From: Macrostomum lignano
Taxonomy: Eukaryota
Reading direction: 5' to 3'
NCBI GenBank assembly: GCA_002269645.1
Contig: NIVC01000894.1
Coordinates: 310,001-374,000, forward strand
DNA length: 64,000 nucleotides
Every line of letters starts with the position of its first letter. Position 1 is the stretch's first letter. This document shows, in pieces, positions 49,242 to 62,343 of this stretch. Below the pieces are notes generated by a model. That model ran no database searches. It worked only from the letters and a program-made list of their open reading frames with translations, and was not told the origin of the DNA. The position numbers were made by a program, and so were the translations under genes.

Positions 49242-52200
49242 CTAGCAATCTACGCCCCCCGTTGGGGAGCCAAAGAAATGCAATACACGTTTTTTTAATA
49301 AACTACATGTATCCTTGAAATCTTAAAAAATCTCCTGTCAAACCTTGTAAGCCTTGACATGTCAGTAATTCCCCCCCCACAAGCTTTAACATATCAACTT
49401 CCCCCCTTGACATCTCAGCAATGCCCCAAATAAGCCTTGGAAATCTAAAAATATCTGTCAACCTTCTAACCCTAACCCTAGCCTAACCCTAACCCTAACC
49501 CTAACCCTAACCCTAACCTAACCCTAAAGCATTGAAATTTCAGTAATTCTCTCTAAGAGTCATTATAGCACTACTACAGCATTATAGCGATTCCCTGCAA
49601 GCCTCGACATCGTAGAGATTCCCAAATGAATCTCTTAACTTCGACATGAAGCTTATTTTATTTTTTACATTACGCTTTTTTATCAGCGATCCCTCCCCAG
49701 AGGAGGCATCAAATAATGTAATAAAAAGTTTTCAATAAACTACATGTAGCTTCTGACTTTAGCCTTGAAATCTCATTTATACCCCGTGAACCTTGACATC
49801 TCAGATATTCCCCCCGTAAGTCTTAACATGTCAGCGATGGCCCCATAAACCTTGAAATCTAAAAAATACCCTGTTATTCTGTTAACCTTGAAATCCGATA
49901 AAATATAACCCTCAACCCACACCTGACCTAAACCTAACTTTAACCCAACCTAAAGCCTTGAAATCTCAGCAATTCTTCTCCCCTAAGCCTTGACATTTTA
50001 GTGATTCCTTCTTTAAGAATCACAGCACTATAACGATTTCCACCAAGCTTTGACATCGTAGCAATTCCCAAATGAATCTTTTAACTTCGACATGACTTTT
50101 CTTTTATGTATACGTAGTGCTACTTTTATTTTTTACATGACTCTTCTTCTATCAGCGCCCCCCCGTGGCGAGCCAACAAATAATGCAATAAAAAAATTGA
50201 GTAAAGTACATGAACTTTGAAGTAGCTTCTGACTTTTGCTTTGACATCTCAGAACCCCCCCCCGTAATCTCAGTTATTCTCTGAGAGCCTTTACGTCTCA
50301 GTTTTTCCTCCCCAGCACAGCATTATAGCTGCATTTAATTTTTACATGACACCCTTCATGTCTGACATGACGCTTCTTTTATTCTACCATGATGCTTCTT
50401 AATTTTTTAAATGACACTTTCATTAGTTTTTAAATGAGGCTCCTATGATTTTTTCATGACGCTTCTAAGATTTTTACATGACACTTCTATGATTTTTTAT
50501 ATGACGCTTCTATGATTGTTTATATGACGCTTCTATGCTTTTTACATGACGCTTCTATGATTTTTTTACATAACGCTTCCATGATTGTTTACATGACGCT
50601 TCTATGATTGTTTACATGACGCTTCTATGATTGTTTACATGACGCTTCTATGATTTTTTACATGACGCTTCTATGATTATTTCATGACGCTTCTACGATT
50701 TCTGCAGGACGCTTCGATGATTTTTACATGACGCTTTTATGATTTTTACATGACGCTTCTATGATTGTTTACATGACGCTTCTATGATTGTTTATACGAC
50801 GCTTCTATGATTTTTACATGACGCTTCTATGCTTTTTACATGACGCTTCTATGATTGTTTACATGACGCTTCTATGATTGTTTCATGACGCTTCTATGAT
50901 TGTTTACATGACGCTTCTATGATTGTTTACATGACGCTTCTATGATTGTTTACATGACGCTTCTATGATTGTTTATACGACGCTTCTATGATTTTTACAT
51001 GACGCTTCTATGCTTTTTACATGACGCTTCTATGATTTTTTACATGACGCTTCTATGATTGTTTCATGACGCTTCTATGATTGTTTACATGACGCTTCTA
51101 TGATTTTTTACATGACGCTTCTATGATTGTTTACATGACGCTTCTATGATTGTTTATACGACGCTTCTATGATTTTTACATGACGCTTCTATGCTTTTTA
51201 CATGACGCTTCTATGATTTTTTACATGACGCTTCTATGATTGTTTCATGACGCTTCTATGATTTTTTACATGGCGCTTCTATGATTGTTTACATGACGCT
51301 TCTATGATTTTTTACATGACGCTTCTATGATTGTTTACATGACGCTTCTATGATTGCTTAAATGACGCTTCTATGATTGTTTACATGACGCTTCTATGAT
51401 TTTTTACATGACGCTTCTATGATTGTTTACATGACGCTTCTATGATTGTTTACATGACGCTTCTATGATTTTTATATGACGCTTCTATGATTGTTTACAT
51501 GACGCTTCTATGATTGTTTACATGACGCTTCTATGATTGTTTACATGACGCTTCTATGATTGTTTACATGACGCTTCTATGATTGTTTACATGACGCTTC
51601 TATGATTGTTTACATGACGCTTCTATGATTTTTTACATGACGCTTCTATGATTGTTTACATGACGCTTCTATGATTTTTTACATGACGCTTCTATGATTT
51701 TTACATGACGATTCTTTTTAAAAAGTCTTTTAGTTTTCCTGACGTTGAAAAGCTTTAATTAAAAAATTATACTCTATGAAAATTCGAACCATCGTCGCTG
51801 CATTTAACAGTTCAGTTTGTTCACCTCTAGGCTAGCTCTCATCGTTTTGATAACATCAAATTTTGCACTTATATAATTCAACACTTTAAAATCCAAGCAT
51901 AGAGTAAATCACACGAAGCAGTTATGACATAATCAGTTTCTCAGTCAGTCAGTATCAGTTAACAATATGGTTACGCAATCTAAATCAAGTCTGGTGCTAC
52001 GCTTCCACACTGCATTTTCAATTCAAGTCGGAGTTACAATTCAGTTATGATGCAATCTATTTCAGAATCAGAATTCAACCAGTCAGTTTTTTCTCTAGCA
52101 TTCTTACAATGCATTTCAAGTCGAAAAGTTTGCTTGACCTTTGCAAAAAAGCATGTTTTTCGAATATTTAATGCCTTTAGCATCAAGAAATTTCTTAGCC

Positions 52201-52324
52201 ACGATGCATGTACAGTCACGGGAAAATTTCTGATCGAACAGTGCAAGTTCGAACAAAATCGGTACAGCCATTTTTTCTCTAATCGATCACATAGACACAG
52301 ACAGACCATTTTTAGTATATAGGA
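49242..52324 (-). mobile_element. Helitron-like element H3 (family 1)
   Basis: 5' TCCTATATACTAAAAATGGTCTGTCTG; 3' hairpin + CTAG; near-identical to H4. Confidence 0.8.
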
Positions 52325-55245
52325 TAGCAATCTACGCCCCCCGTTGGGGAGCCAAAGAAATGCAATACACGTTTTTTTAATAAACTACATGTATCCTTGA
52401 AATCTTGAAAAATCTCCTGTCAAACCTTGTAAGCCTTGAAATGTCAGTAATTCCCCCCCCACAAGCTTTAACATATCAACTTCCCCCCTTGACATCTCAG
52501 CAATGCCCCAAATAAGCCTTGGAAATCTAAAAATATCTGTCAACCTTCTAACCCTAACCCTAGCCTAACCCTAACCCTAACCCTAACCCTAACCCTAACC
52601 TAACCCTAAAGCATTGAAATTTCAGTAATTCTCTCTAAGAGTCATTATAGCACTACTACAGCATTATAGCGATTCCCTGCAAGCCTCGACATCGTAGAGA
52701 TTCCCAAATGAATCTCTTAACTTCGACATGAAGCTTATTTTATTTTTTACATTACGCTTTTTTTATCAGCGATCCCTCCCCAGAGGAGGCATCAAATAAT
52801 GTAATAAAAAGTTTTCAATAAACTACATGTAGCTTCTGACTTTAGCCTTGAAATCTCATTTATACCCCGTGAACCTTGACATCTCAGATATTCCCCCGTA
52901 AGTCTTAACATGTCAGCGATGGCCCCCATAAACCTTGAAATCTAAAAAATACCCTGTTATTCTGTTAACCTTGAAATCCGATAAAATATAACCCTCAACC
53001 CACACCTGACCTAAACCTAACTTTAACCCAACCTAAAGCCTTGAAATCTCAGCAATTCTTCTCCCCTAAGCCTTGACATTTTAGTGATTCCTTCTTTAAG
53101 AATCACAGCACTATAACGATTTCCACCAAGCTTTGACATCGTAGCAATTCCCAAATGAATCTTTTAACTTCGACATGACTTTTCTTTTATGTATACGTAG
53201 TGCTACTTTTATTTTTTACATGACTCTTCTTCTATCAGCGCCCCCCCACGTGGCGAGCCAACAAATAATGCAATAAAAAATTGAGTAAAGTACATGAACT
53301 TTGAAGTAGCTTCTGACTTTTGCTTTGACATCTCAGAACCCCCCCCGTAATCTCAGTTATTCTCTGAGAGCCTTTACGTCTCAGTTTTTCTCCCCAGCAC
53401 AGCATTATAGCTGCATTTAATTTTTACATGACACCCTTCATGTCTGACAAGACGCTTCTTTTATTCTACCATGATGCTTCTTAATTTTTTAAATGACACT
53501 TTCATTAGTTTTTAAATGAGGCTCCTATGATTTTTTCATGACGCTTCTATGATTTTTACATGACACTTCTATGATTTTTTATATGACGCTTCTATGATTG
53601 TTTATATGACGCTTCTATGCTTTTTACATGACGCTTCTATGATTTTTTTACATAACGCTTCCATGATTGTTTACATGACGCTTCTATGATTGTTTACATG
53701 ACGCTTCTATGATTGTTTACATGACGCTTCTATGATTTTTTACATGACGCTTCTATGATTATTTCATGACGCTTCTACGATTTCTGCAGGACGCTTCGAT
53801 GATTTTTACATGACGCTTTTATGATTTTTACATGACGCTTCTATGATTGTTTACATGACGCTTCTATGATTGTTTATACGACGCTTCTATGATTTTTACA
53901 TGACGCTTCTATGCTTTTTACATGACGCTTCTATGATTGTTTACATGACGCTTCTATGATTGTTTCATGACGCTTCTATGATTGTTTACATGACGCTTCT
54001 ATGATTGTTTACATGACGCTTCTATGATTGTTTACATGACGCTTCTATGATTGTTTATACGACGCTTCTATGATTTTTACATGACGCTTCTATGCTTTTT
54101 ACATGACGCTTCTATGATTTTTACATGACGCTTCTATGATTGTTTCATGACGCTTCTATGATTGTTTACATGACGCTTCTATGATTTTTTACATGACGCT
54201 TCTATGATTGTTTACATGACGCTTCTATGATTGTTTATACGACGCTTCTATGATTTTTACATGACGCTTCTATGCTTTTTACATGACGCTTCTATGATTT
54301 TTTACATGACGCTTCTATGATTGTTTCATGACGCTTCTATGATTTTTTACATGGCGCTTCTATGATTGTTTACATGACGCTTCTATGATTTTTTACATGA
54401 CGCTTCTATGATTGTTTACATGACGCTTCTATGATTGTTTAAATGACGCTTCTATGATTGTTTACATGACGCTTCTATGATTGTTTACATGACGCTTCTA
54501 TGATTGTTTAAATGACGCTTCTATGATTGTTTACATGACGCTTCTATGATTGTTTACATGACGCTTCTATGATTGTTTACATGACGCTTCTATGATTGTT
54601 TACATGACGCTTCTATGATTTTTACATGACGATTCTTTTTAAAAAGTCTTTTAGTTTTCCTGACGTTGAAAAGCTTTAATTAAAAAATTATACTCTATGA
54701 AAATTCGAACCATCGTCGCTGCATTTAACAGTTCAGTTTGTTCACCTCTAGGCTAGCTCTCATCGTTTTGATAACATCAAATTTTGCACTTATATAATTC
54801 AACACTTTAAAATCCAAGCATAGAGTAAATCACACGAAGCAGTTATGACATAATCAGTTTCTCAGTCAGTCAGTATCAGTTAACAATATGGTTACGCAAT
54901 CTAAATCAAGTCTGGTGCTACGCTTCCACACTGCATTTTCAATTCAAGTCGGAGTTACAATTCAGTTATGATGCAATCTATTTCAGAATCAGAATTCAAC
55001 CAGTCAGTTTTTTCTCTAGCATTCTTACAATGCATTTCAAGTCGAAAAGTTTGCTTGACCTTTGCAAAAAAGCATGTTTTTCGAATATTTAATGCCTTTA
55101 GCATCAAGAAATTTCTTAGCCACGATGCATGTACAGTCACGGGAAAATTTCTGATCGAACAGTGCAAGTTCGAACAAAATCGGTACAGCCATTTTTTCTC
55201 TAATCGATCACATAGACACAGACAGACCATTTTTAGTATATAGGA
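52325..55245 (-). mobile_element. Helitron-like element H4 (family 1), tandem copy of H3
   Basis: Same termini (3' CTAG clipped to CTA); differs from H3 mainly in satellite copy number. Confidence 0.8.
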
Positions 55246-58200
55246 CGAGGCCAACTCCTCCTCTGGAGGAGAAAGGGGAAGAATTCCCATCACCGGAACT
55301 CCATTCCCTGAAATGCCATTCCCTGAATCCCATCATCCAACTCCTCTCCGCGAAACTGAACATCATCGAAATCCTCTCCGTAATAGATAACTCCATCAAA
55401 AACCTCTCCGTGAAACTGACATTCATCAAAATCCTCTCCGAGAAACAGAAATCCTCTCCGTTAAACTGGACTTTATGGAAATCCTCTGCGTGAAACTGAA
55501 ATCCATCAAAATCGTCTCCGCGAAACAGAAATTCTCTCCTTAAAACTGGACTGAATCGAAATTTTCTCCGTCAAAAAGAATCAACACTCAGGATTTAGTG
55601 GTTAGGGTTAGGGTTAGGGTTAGAGCTACAACGCAGCAGCGTGTTGAAAGGCGCCGATAAAAAATTGAACCAATTAAATTCATTGAATGCGCAACCGATT
55701 TCACAGTCAGTCAGTATCAGTCTCGGTAAAAGTTAACAAAAAGATTGCGCAAACTAAATCAACCCTTCAATACACAGCGACTGACCCCCTTCCGCAGTGG
55801 CAATTAAAAGTTGAACCGCCCCTCCCCTCCCACCAACTGTTGGGGGGTTGGTCGAACCCCCATTGAACTCCAAAATGAGTACACTGCAGAAAGTTAAAAG
55901 TATGGAAATCGTTTTTTAAATGCTGTGCTTTTTGTTTTCACATTTAAAGCAAACAACTTATATCCTCGAAGTCTGCATTGAAAGATCTTTCCAGCAATAT
56001 AAGTCTCTTCTCTCAGAGTTCAAAACTCGAGGAACAGTTGGCGTTTGAAATATCCCAATTTAAAGCATTGAACTATCGAGTGTACGCATGCGTGCACTGC
56101 CTGCTAAAAAGGCTTGCAAGTTTATTCATTAAATTCCACTGCCGCCCCAGCACCCTCAACACAGAGGGGTTTGGTTAAGTTCTCAGTGCACACAGTTGTG
56201 GCGCAATCGCTAAAAATTGATGTCAACCGGCCCAGCTTACACTCCTTCAGCTGAAAGAATACACTGCACAGATAGGCCAGCTGTTGTGGCGCAATCATTG
56301 CAAATTACGCAAGATGGGCATATTCCCCTATTGTTCTACGATTTCTGCTTTTTTAGGGATCTTAAAATTTGAAAATAAAAAATTGAAATAGCCCACTGCC
56401 ATCCTCGGAAAATTTGCAGTGTTCCCATATAAGTTTCAACGCTGACTTGCAAGTCGTCTAGGAGGAGATATGTATCACACAAACAGACAAACAACGCACC
56501 AACTTTAGTATTAACGAGGCCAACTCCTCCTTCGGAGAAGAAAGGGGAAGAACTCCAATCAGCGGAATTCCATTCCCTGAACTCCATCAGCGGAATCCCA
56601 TTTTCCAACACCTCTCCGCGCAACAGAAATCGTCTCCGTGAAACTGAACACTATCGAAATCCTCTCCGTGAAACTGAACACCATCGAAATATTCTCCGCG
56701 AAATAGAAATCCTCTCCGTGAAACTGGACTAAATCGAAATTTCTACGTCAAACAGCCCAGCTCTCAGAATTCATTGGTTAAGGTTAGGGTTAGGGTTAGA
56801 GCTACACACAGCTGCGTGTTGAAAGACGCCGTAAAAACATTGAACCAATTAAATTGCGCAACTTATTTCTCAGGCAGTCAGTATCAGCCTCAGTTAAAGT
56901 TAACAAAAAGATTGCGCAATCTAAATCAACCCTCAAATACACAGCAACCGACCCCCCTTCCAATACGCAGTGCAGCTAGAAATTGAACCCCCCCCCTCAC
57001 CAACTATTGGGGGGTCGGTCGAACCCCCATTGAACTCCAAAATGAGAACAATCTTTGCAGAAAGCTAAAAGTATGAAAATCTTTTCTTGAATGCTGTGAA
57101 TTTAATTTTCATATTTAAAGCAAAAAACTTATATCCCCGAACTCAGTGTTGCAAGATCTTTCCAGCAATATAAGTCTATTCTTTTAAAGTTTAGAACTCG
57201 AGCAACAGTTAGCGTTTGAAATGTCCCGATTTAAAGCATTGAAGTATCGAGTGTACGTTCACCTGCCTGCTAAAAAGGCTCGCATGTTGATGCATTGAAT
57301 TTCAGTGTGCAAAAAATACACCGGGCTGCCTAATTGAAAATCAGAGCACGTATCGTTGCGCAATTGTCTATACAGTCAGCCCGTGCGCCAAGGTCCAAGT
57401 GTACACACGCCGCCACTGAGAACGCGAGCACCCCCACTGGAGAGAAAATACACTGCAGAGATAGGAGAAAGTTATGGCGCAATCGCTCAAAATTCATGCA
57501 AATTTTTAGCTCCAAGCAGAAAGAGGGGACAAATAAGATGATCAAAGGTCAAGATTGCAGTTTTTTGCTTTTTTCGGGATCTTAAAATGTAAAAATAAAA
57601 AATTGAAATAGCCCACTGCCATCCTCGGAAAATTTGCAGTTTTCCCATATAAGTTTCGACGCTGACTTGCAAGTCGTCTAGGAGGAGATATGTATCACAC
57701 AGACAAACAACGCACCAGTTTTAGTATTAACGACGAGGCCAAATCCTCCGCTGGAGGAGAAAGGGGAAGAACTCCCATCACCGGAATTCCATTCCCTGAA
57801 ATCCACCAACTGAATCCCATCATCCAACTCCTCACCGCAAAACTGAACACCATCGAAATCCTCTCCGCGAAACAGAAATCCTCTCCGGGAAACTGAACTC
57901 CAAGGAAATCCTCTGCGTGAAACTAAAATCCATCAAAATTGTCTCCGTAAAACAGAAATACATCAAAATTCTCTCCACGAAACAGAAATCCTCTCCGTGA
58001 AACTGAAAACCATCGAAATCCTCTCCGCAAGACAGAAATCCTCTCCAAGAAACTGAAAACCATTGAAATTCTCTCCGTGAAACTGGACTCAATCGAAATT
58101 TTCTCCGTCAAAGGGAGTAAACTCCCAGGATTCAATGGTTAGGGTTAGGGTTAGGGTTAGGGTTAGAGCTACACACAGCAGCGTGTTGAAAGGCGCCAAT

Positions 58201-59062
58201 AAAAAAATTGAACCAATGAATCAGTTGAATGCGCAACCAATTTCATAGTCATTCAGTATCAGTCTCGGTAAAATTAGGAAAAAAAATTGCGCAATCTAAA
58301 TCAACCCTCCAATACACAGCGACCGACCCCTTCCAATACGCAGTGAAGGTTAGAAATTCAACCCCCCCCCCCCTAACTGTTGGGGTGTCGGTCGAACCCC
58401 CATTGAACCCGTAAAATGAGTACAAACTTTGCAGAGAGTTAAAAGTATTGAAATATCGTCTTTGCTTTTGCTTTGCTTTTTGCTTTCATATTTAAAGCAA
58501 ACAACTTATATCCTCGAAGTCAGCATTGAAAGATCTTTCCAGCAATATAAGTCTCTTCTCTCAGAGTTCAAAACTCGAGGAACAGTTGGCGTTTGAAATA
58601 TCCAAATTTAAAGCATTGAACTATCGAGTGCACGCATACGTGCACTGCCTGCTAAAAAGGCTTGCAAGTTTATTCATTGAATTCCACTGCCGCCCCAGCA
58701 CCCTCAACACAGGGGGGTTTGGTTAAGTTCTCAGTGCACACAGTTGTGGCGCAATCGCTAAAAATTAATGTCAACCGGCCCAGCTTACACCCCTTCAGCT
58801 GAAAGAATACACTGCACAGATAGGCCGGCTGTTGTGGCGCAATAATTGTAAATTACGCAAGATGTTCATATTCCCCTATTGTTTTACTACTTCTGCTTTT
58901 TTAGGGATCTTAAGACGTGAAAATAAAAAATTGAAATAGTCCACTGCCATCCTCAGAAAACTTGCAGTTTTCCCATATAAGTTTCAACGCTGACTTGCAA
59001 GTCGTCTAGGAGGAGATGTGTATCACACAAACAGACAAACAACGCACCAACTTTAGTATTAA
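55246..59062 (-). mobile_element. Three tandem Helitron-like elements of family 2 (55246-56514, 56515-57733, 57734-59062)
   Basis: 5' (TCG)TTAATACTAAAGTTGGTGCGTTGTTTGTCTG; 3' hairpin CTCCTCC.G.GGAGGAG then TTGGC-CTCG followed by T. Internal GAAATCCTCTCCGTGAAACTG repeats; units are diverged from each other. Confidence 0.72.
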
Positions 59063-61847
59063 CGAGGCCAACTCCTCCTTCGGAGGAGAAAGGGGAAGAA
59101 CTCCCATCACCGGAATTCCATTCCCTGAAATATCCATCAACTGAAATTCCATGTCTTGAACCCTATCTTCCAAATCGTCTCCAAATTCTTTACAAAATCT
59201 TTGAAAGACCATAGCTCAAAGACTCTCACGTCTCTCATATCTCCTCTCTCTTCTATTCGCTATTATCGTGACTCTCTTCTCTCTCCTCTCTCTCATCTCA
59301 TCTCTACCCCTACTCCCTTATTTATCTCTTCTCCCTCGTCTTTCGTTTGTACCCTCTCCTGTCTCTTGTCTCCTCTCTTCTCTCATATCTCTCCTCTTCA
59401 CTTCTGTCTCCTGTCTCCTCTCTTCTCTCTTATCTCTCCCTCTTCTCTCCTCTCTCATATGTCATCTCTTCTTACTTATCTATCGTCTCTCTTAACCCTC
59501 TCTCTCTTCTCTTTTCTCTCCTATCTGCTTCTCATTTCTCATATCTCATATACGCTCTCACACTCTACTTTCTTGTCTCCCATCTTTCTTTCCTCCTTAC
59601 CACTATCCCCTATCTCTTCTCTTCTCTCTTTTCTATCCTCTCCATTCTCTCTTCTCTCCTCTCCTTTCTCATTTCATCTTCTCCCCTCTCTTCTCTAATC
59701 TCTAATCTCTTCTCTCTTATGTTCTCACTCATCTCTTTTCTCATCGCATCTCTCATTTCTCCCCTCTTTTCTCCTCTCTTCTCTCTCCCCTCCTCTCTCA
59801 TCTCTCATCCCTCATCTCACTCCTTCTTTCTCCTCTACTCTCCCCTCTTTTCTATTACCTCTGTACGCTCTTATCCCTCATCTCTATTCTCTCTCCTATC
59901 ATCTCTCTTGTCTCCCTCTGCTATCTCATATCTCCCCTCTCGTCTCCTCTCTCCTCTTCTCTTCTCTCTCCTTCGTTCCCGCCTTACTCCCCTCTTTTCT
60001 CCCATCTGTCATGTCTAATCTCTCGTCTCATTTCTACTCTGTTTTCTATCATCTCATCTCTCTTCTCTTTTCATTCTTCTCTTTACTCTCTTCTCTGACT
60101 GACTGAAGATGCCAAATCCATCAAAATCCTCTCCGCAAAGCAGAAATCCTGTCCGTTCAAATGAAAACCATCGAAATCCTCTCCATGAAACTGGACTCCT
60201 TCGAAATCCTCTCATTGAAACTTAAATCCATCAAATCGTCTCGATAAAACAGAAATCAATCATAAATTATCTCCGCGAAACAGAAATCCTCACTGTGAAG
60301 ATGAACGTGATCGAAATCCTCTCCGTGAAACTGAACACCATCGAAATCCTCTCCACGAAACAGAAATTCTCTCCGTCAAAATTAAAACATTGAAATCGTC
60401 TCCGCTAAACTGGACTCAATCGAATTTTTTCCGTCAAACAACTCAACTCTCCGGATTCATTGGTTAGGGTTAGGGTTAGGGTTAGGGTTAGAACTATACG
60501 CACAGCTTCGTGTTAAAAGGCACTGATAAAAATATTGAACTAATTGAATCAATTCATTGCGCAACCGATTTCACAGTCAGTCAGTATCAGTCTCAGTTAA
60601 AGTTAACAAAAACATTGCGCAATCTAAATCAACCCTCCAATACACAGCAGCAGTGAGAAGTTGAACCCTCCCCCAACTTTATCTATTACGTCTCGCAAAA
60701 CTGAGTACAATTTTTGCAGAAAGTTAAAAGTATGGAAATAGTTTTTCAAATGCTGTGCATTTTCTTTTCATATTTAAAGCAAACAACTTATATTCCCGAA
60801 CTCAGCGTTGCAAGATCTTTCCAGCAATATAAGTTTCTCCTCTCAAAGTTTAAAACTCGAGGAACAGTTAGCGTTTGAAATTTACCGATTTCCCGACTGC
60901 TTGCTAGAGAAGCTCGCAAGTTTATTCATTGAAATTCACTGCCCAGCTAATACACAGGGCCGATAATAAAACCAATTGAATCTCGGCACAGTTCTATCTT
61001 TTTAAAACAGCTATGTACACTCAGCCCAAGCCCAACCCCCCCCGTTTCGGGGGAATCATTAAATTTAACTCAACCCCTCAACTAAAATCTTCCTACAATC
61101 TTTGCAGGAAGTTAAAAGTATGGAAATCGTTTTTTGAATCCCGCGCTTTTAGTTTTCATATTTAAAGCAAACAATTTATATCCCCGAACTCAGCGTTGCA
61201 AGTTCTTTCCAGCAATATAAGTCTCTCCTCTCAAAGTTAAAAAATCCAGCAACAGTCTGAGTTTGAAATTTGCCGATTTATAAGCATTGCAATATTGAGT
61301 GTACGTTCATACGTTCACTGCCTGCTAAAGAGGCCCGCAAGTTTATTCATTGAATTTCACTGTCTAACCAATGCACAGGGCAGTCAATTGAAAGGTGCTG
61401 ATAATAAAACCAATTGAATCTCAGCACAATAGCCATATAATTGCGCTTACTTACCCACCACCCCACGAAATACACACAGTTCAATTTTTCAGCCGGGGTC
61501 CGCTTGTACACACGCTGCCACTGAGAACGCGACCAACCCCCACTGGCGAGAAAATACACTACAGAGATAGGAGAAAGTTGTGGCGCAATCGCTCAAAATC
61601 ATGCAAATTTTCGGCTCCGAGCAGAAAAAGTGTCCAGAGAAGGTTAGGAAATCAGTTTTCTGCTTTTTTAGGGATCTTAAAATGTGAAAATAAAAAATTG
61701 AAATAGCCCACTGCAGTCCCCGGAAAATTTGCAGTTTCCCCATATAAGTTTCAACGCTGACTTGCAAGTATTCTAGGAGGAGTTATGCAACACACAAACA
61801 AACAGACAAACAAACAAACAATCATCGCACCAACTTTAGTATTAGGA
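59063..61847 (-). mobile_element. Family 2 Helitron-like element H8 interrupted by a CT-rich block (59225-60110)
   Basis: 3' CTCG at 59063-59066; 5' TCCTAATACTAAAG at 61847; same internal blocks as 55246-59062. Confidence 0.65.
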
Positions 61848-62108
61848 GATTTTGTGTACCTGCGCACCATCAATACGCATCGAATGCAGAAAACCCCACG
61901 AAATTCCGACCATGTAGAGTGAAGTTAAGCGAAGGTTCCTATAGGTACATAGTTTTGATTTTTAGTATATTGGATTAGCCAATATGCATGTACCGTCCCG
62001 GGAAAATTTCTGATCGAATGGTGCAAGTTTGAAGAAAATCGGTTGAGCCGTTCGGGAGAAAATCAATTACAAGCAAGCAACCAAGCATTTCATTTTTAGT
62101 ATATTAGA
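61848..62108 (-). mobile_element. Two short Helitron 5'-end fragments (5' ends at 61974 and 62108)
   Basis: TCCAATATACTAAAAATC and TCTAATATACTAAAAATG; 61985-62108 is nearly identical to the 5' end of H2 (about 49120-49241). Confidence 0.65.
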
Positions 62109-62343
62109 AGAAGATCTAGCATTTCAAATTAAATTATGATATGATTAATTTATTTAAAATTTGGCGCTAAACTAACAAAGCATGCATTGTAATAACAAAC
62201 AGAAACATGTTCGTTCTTATAAAGAAAGACAAAATTAACTCCTATGGTCAAATATCAGAAAAGAAAGCTATTGAAATAAAAATCATAGATATTATAAGTT
62301 AAGAATTACAGTCGTCAAGGTATGCCATTTACTCAATTTTGAC

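Noticed and set aside
59156-60018. Ser/Leu-rich ORFs up to 223 aa
   Set aside because: CT-rich DNA lacks stop codons by composition.
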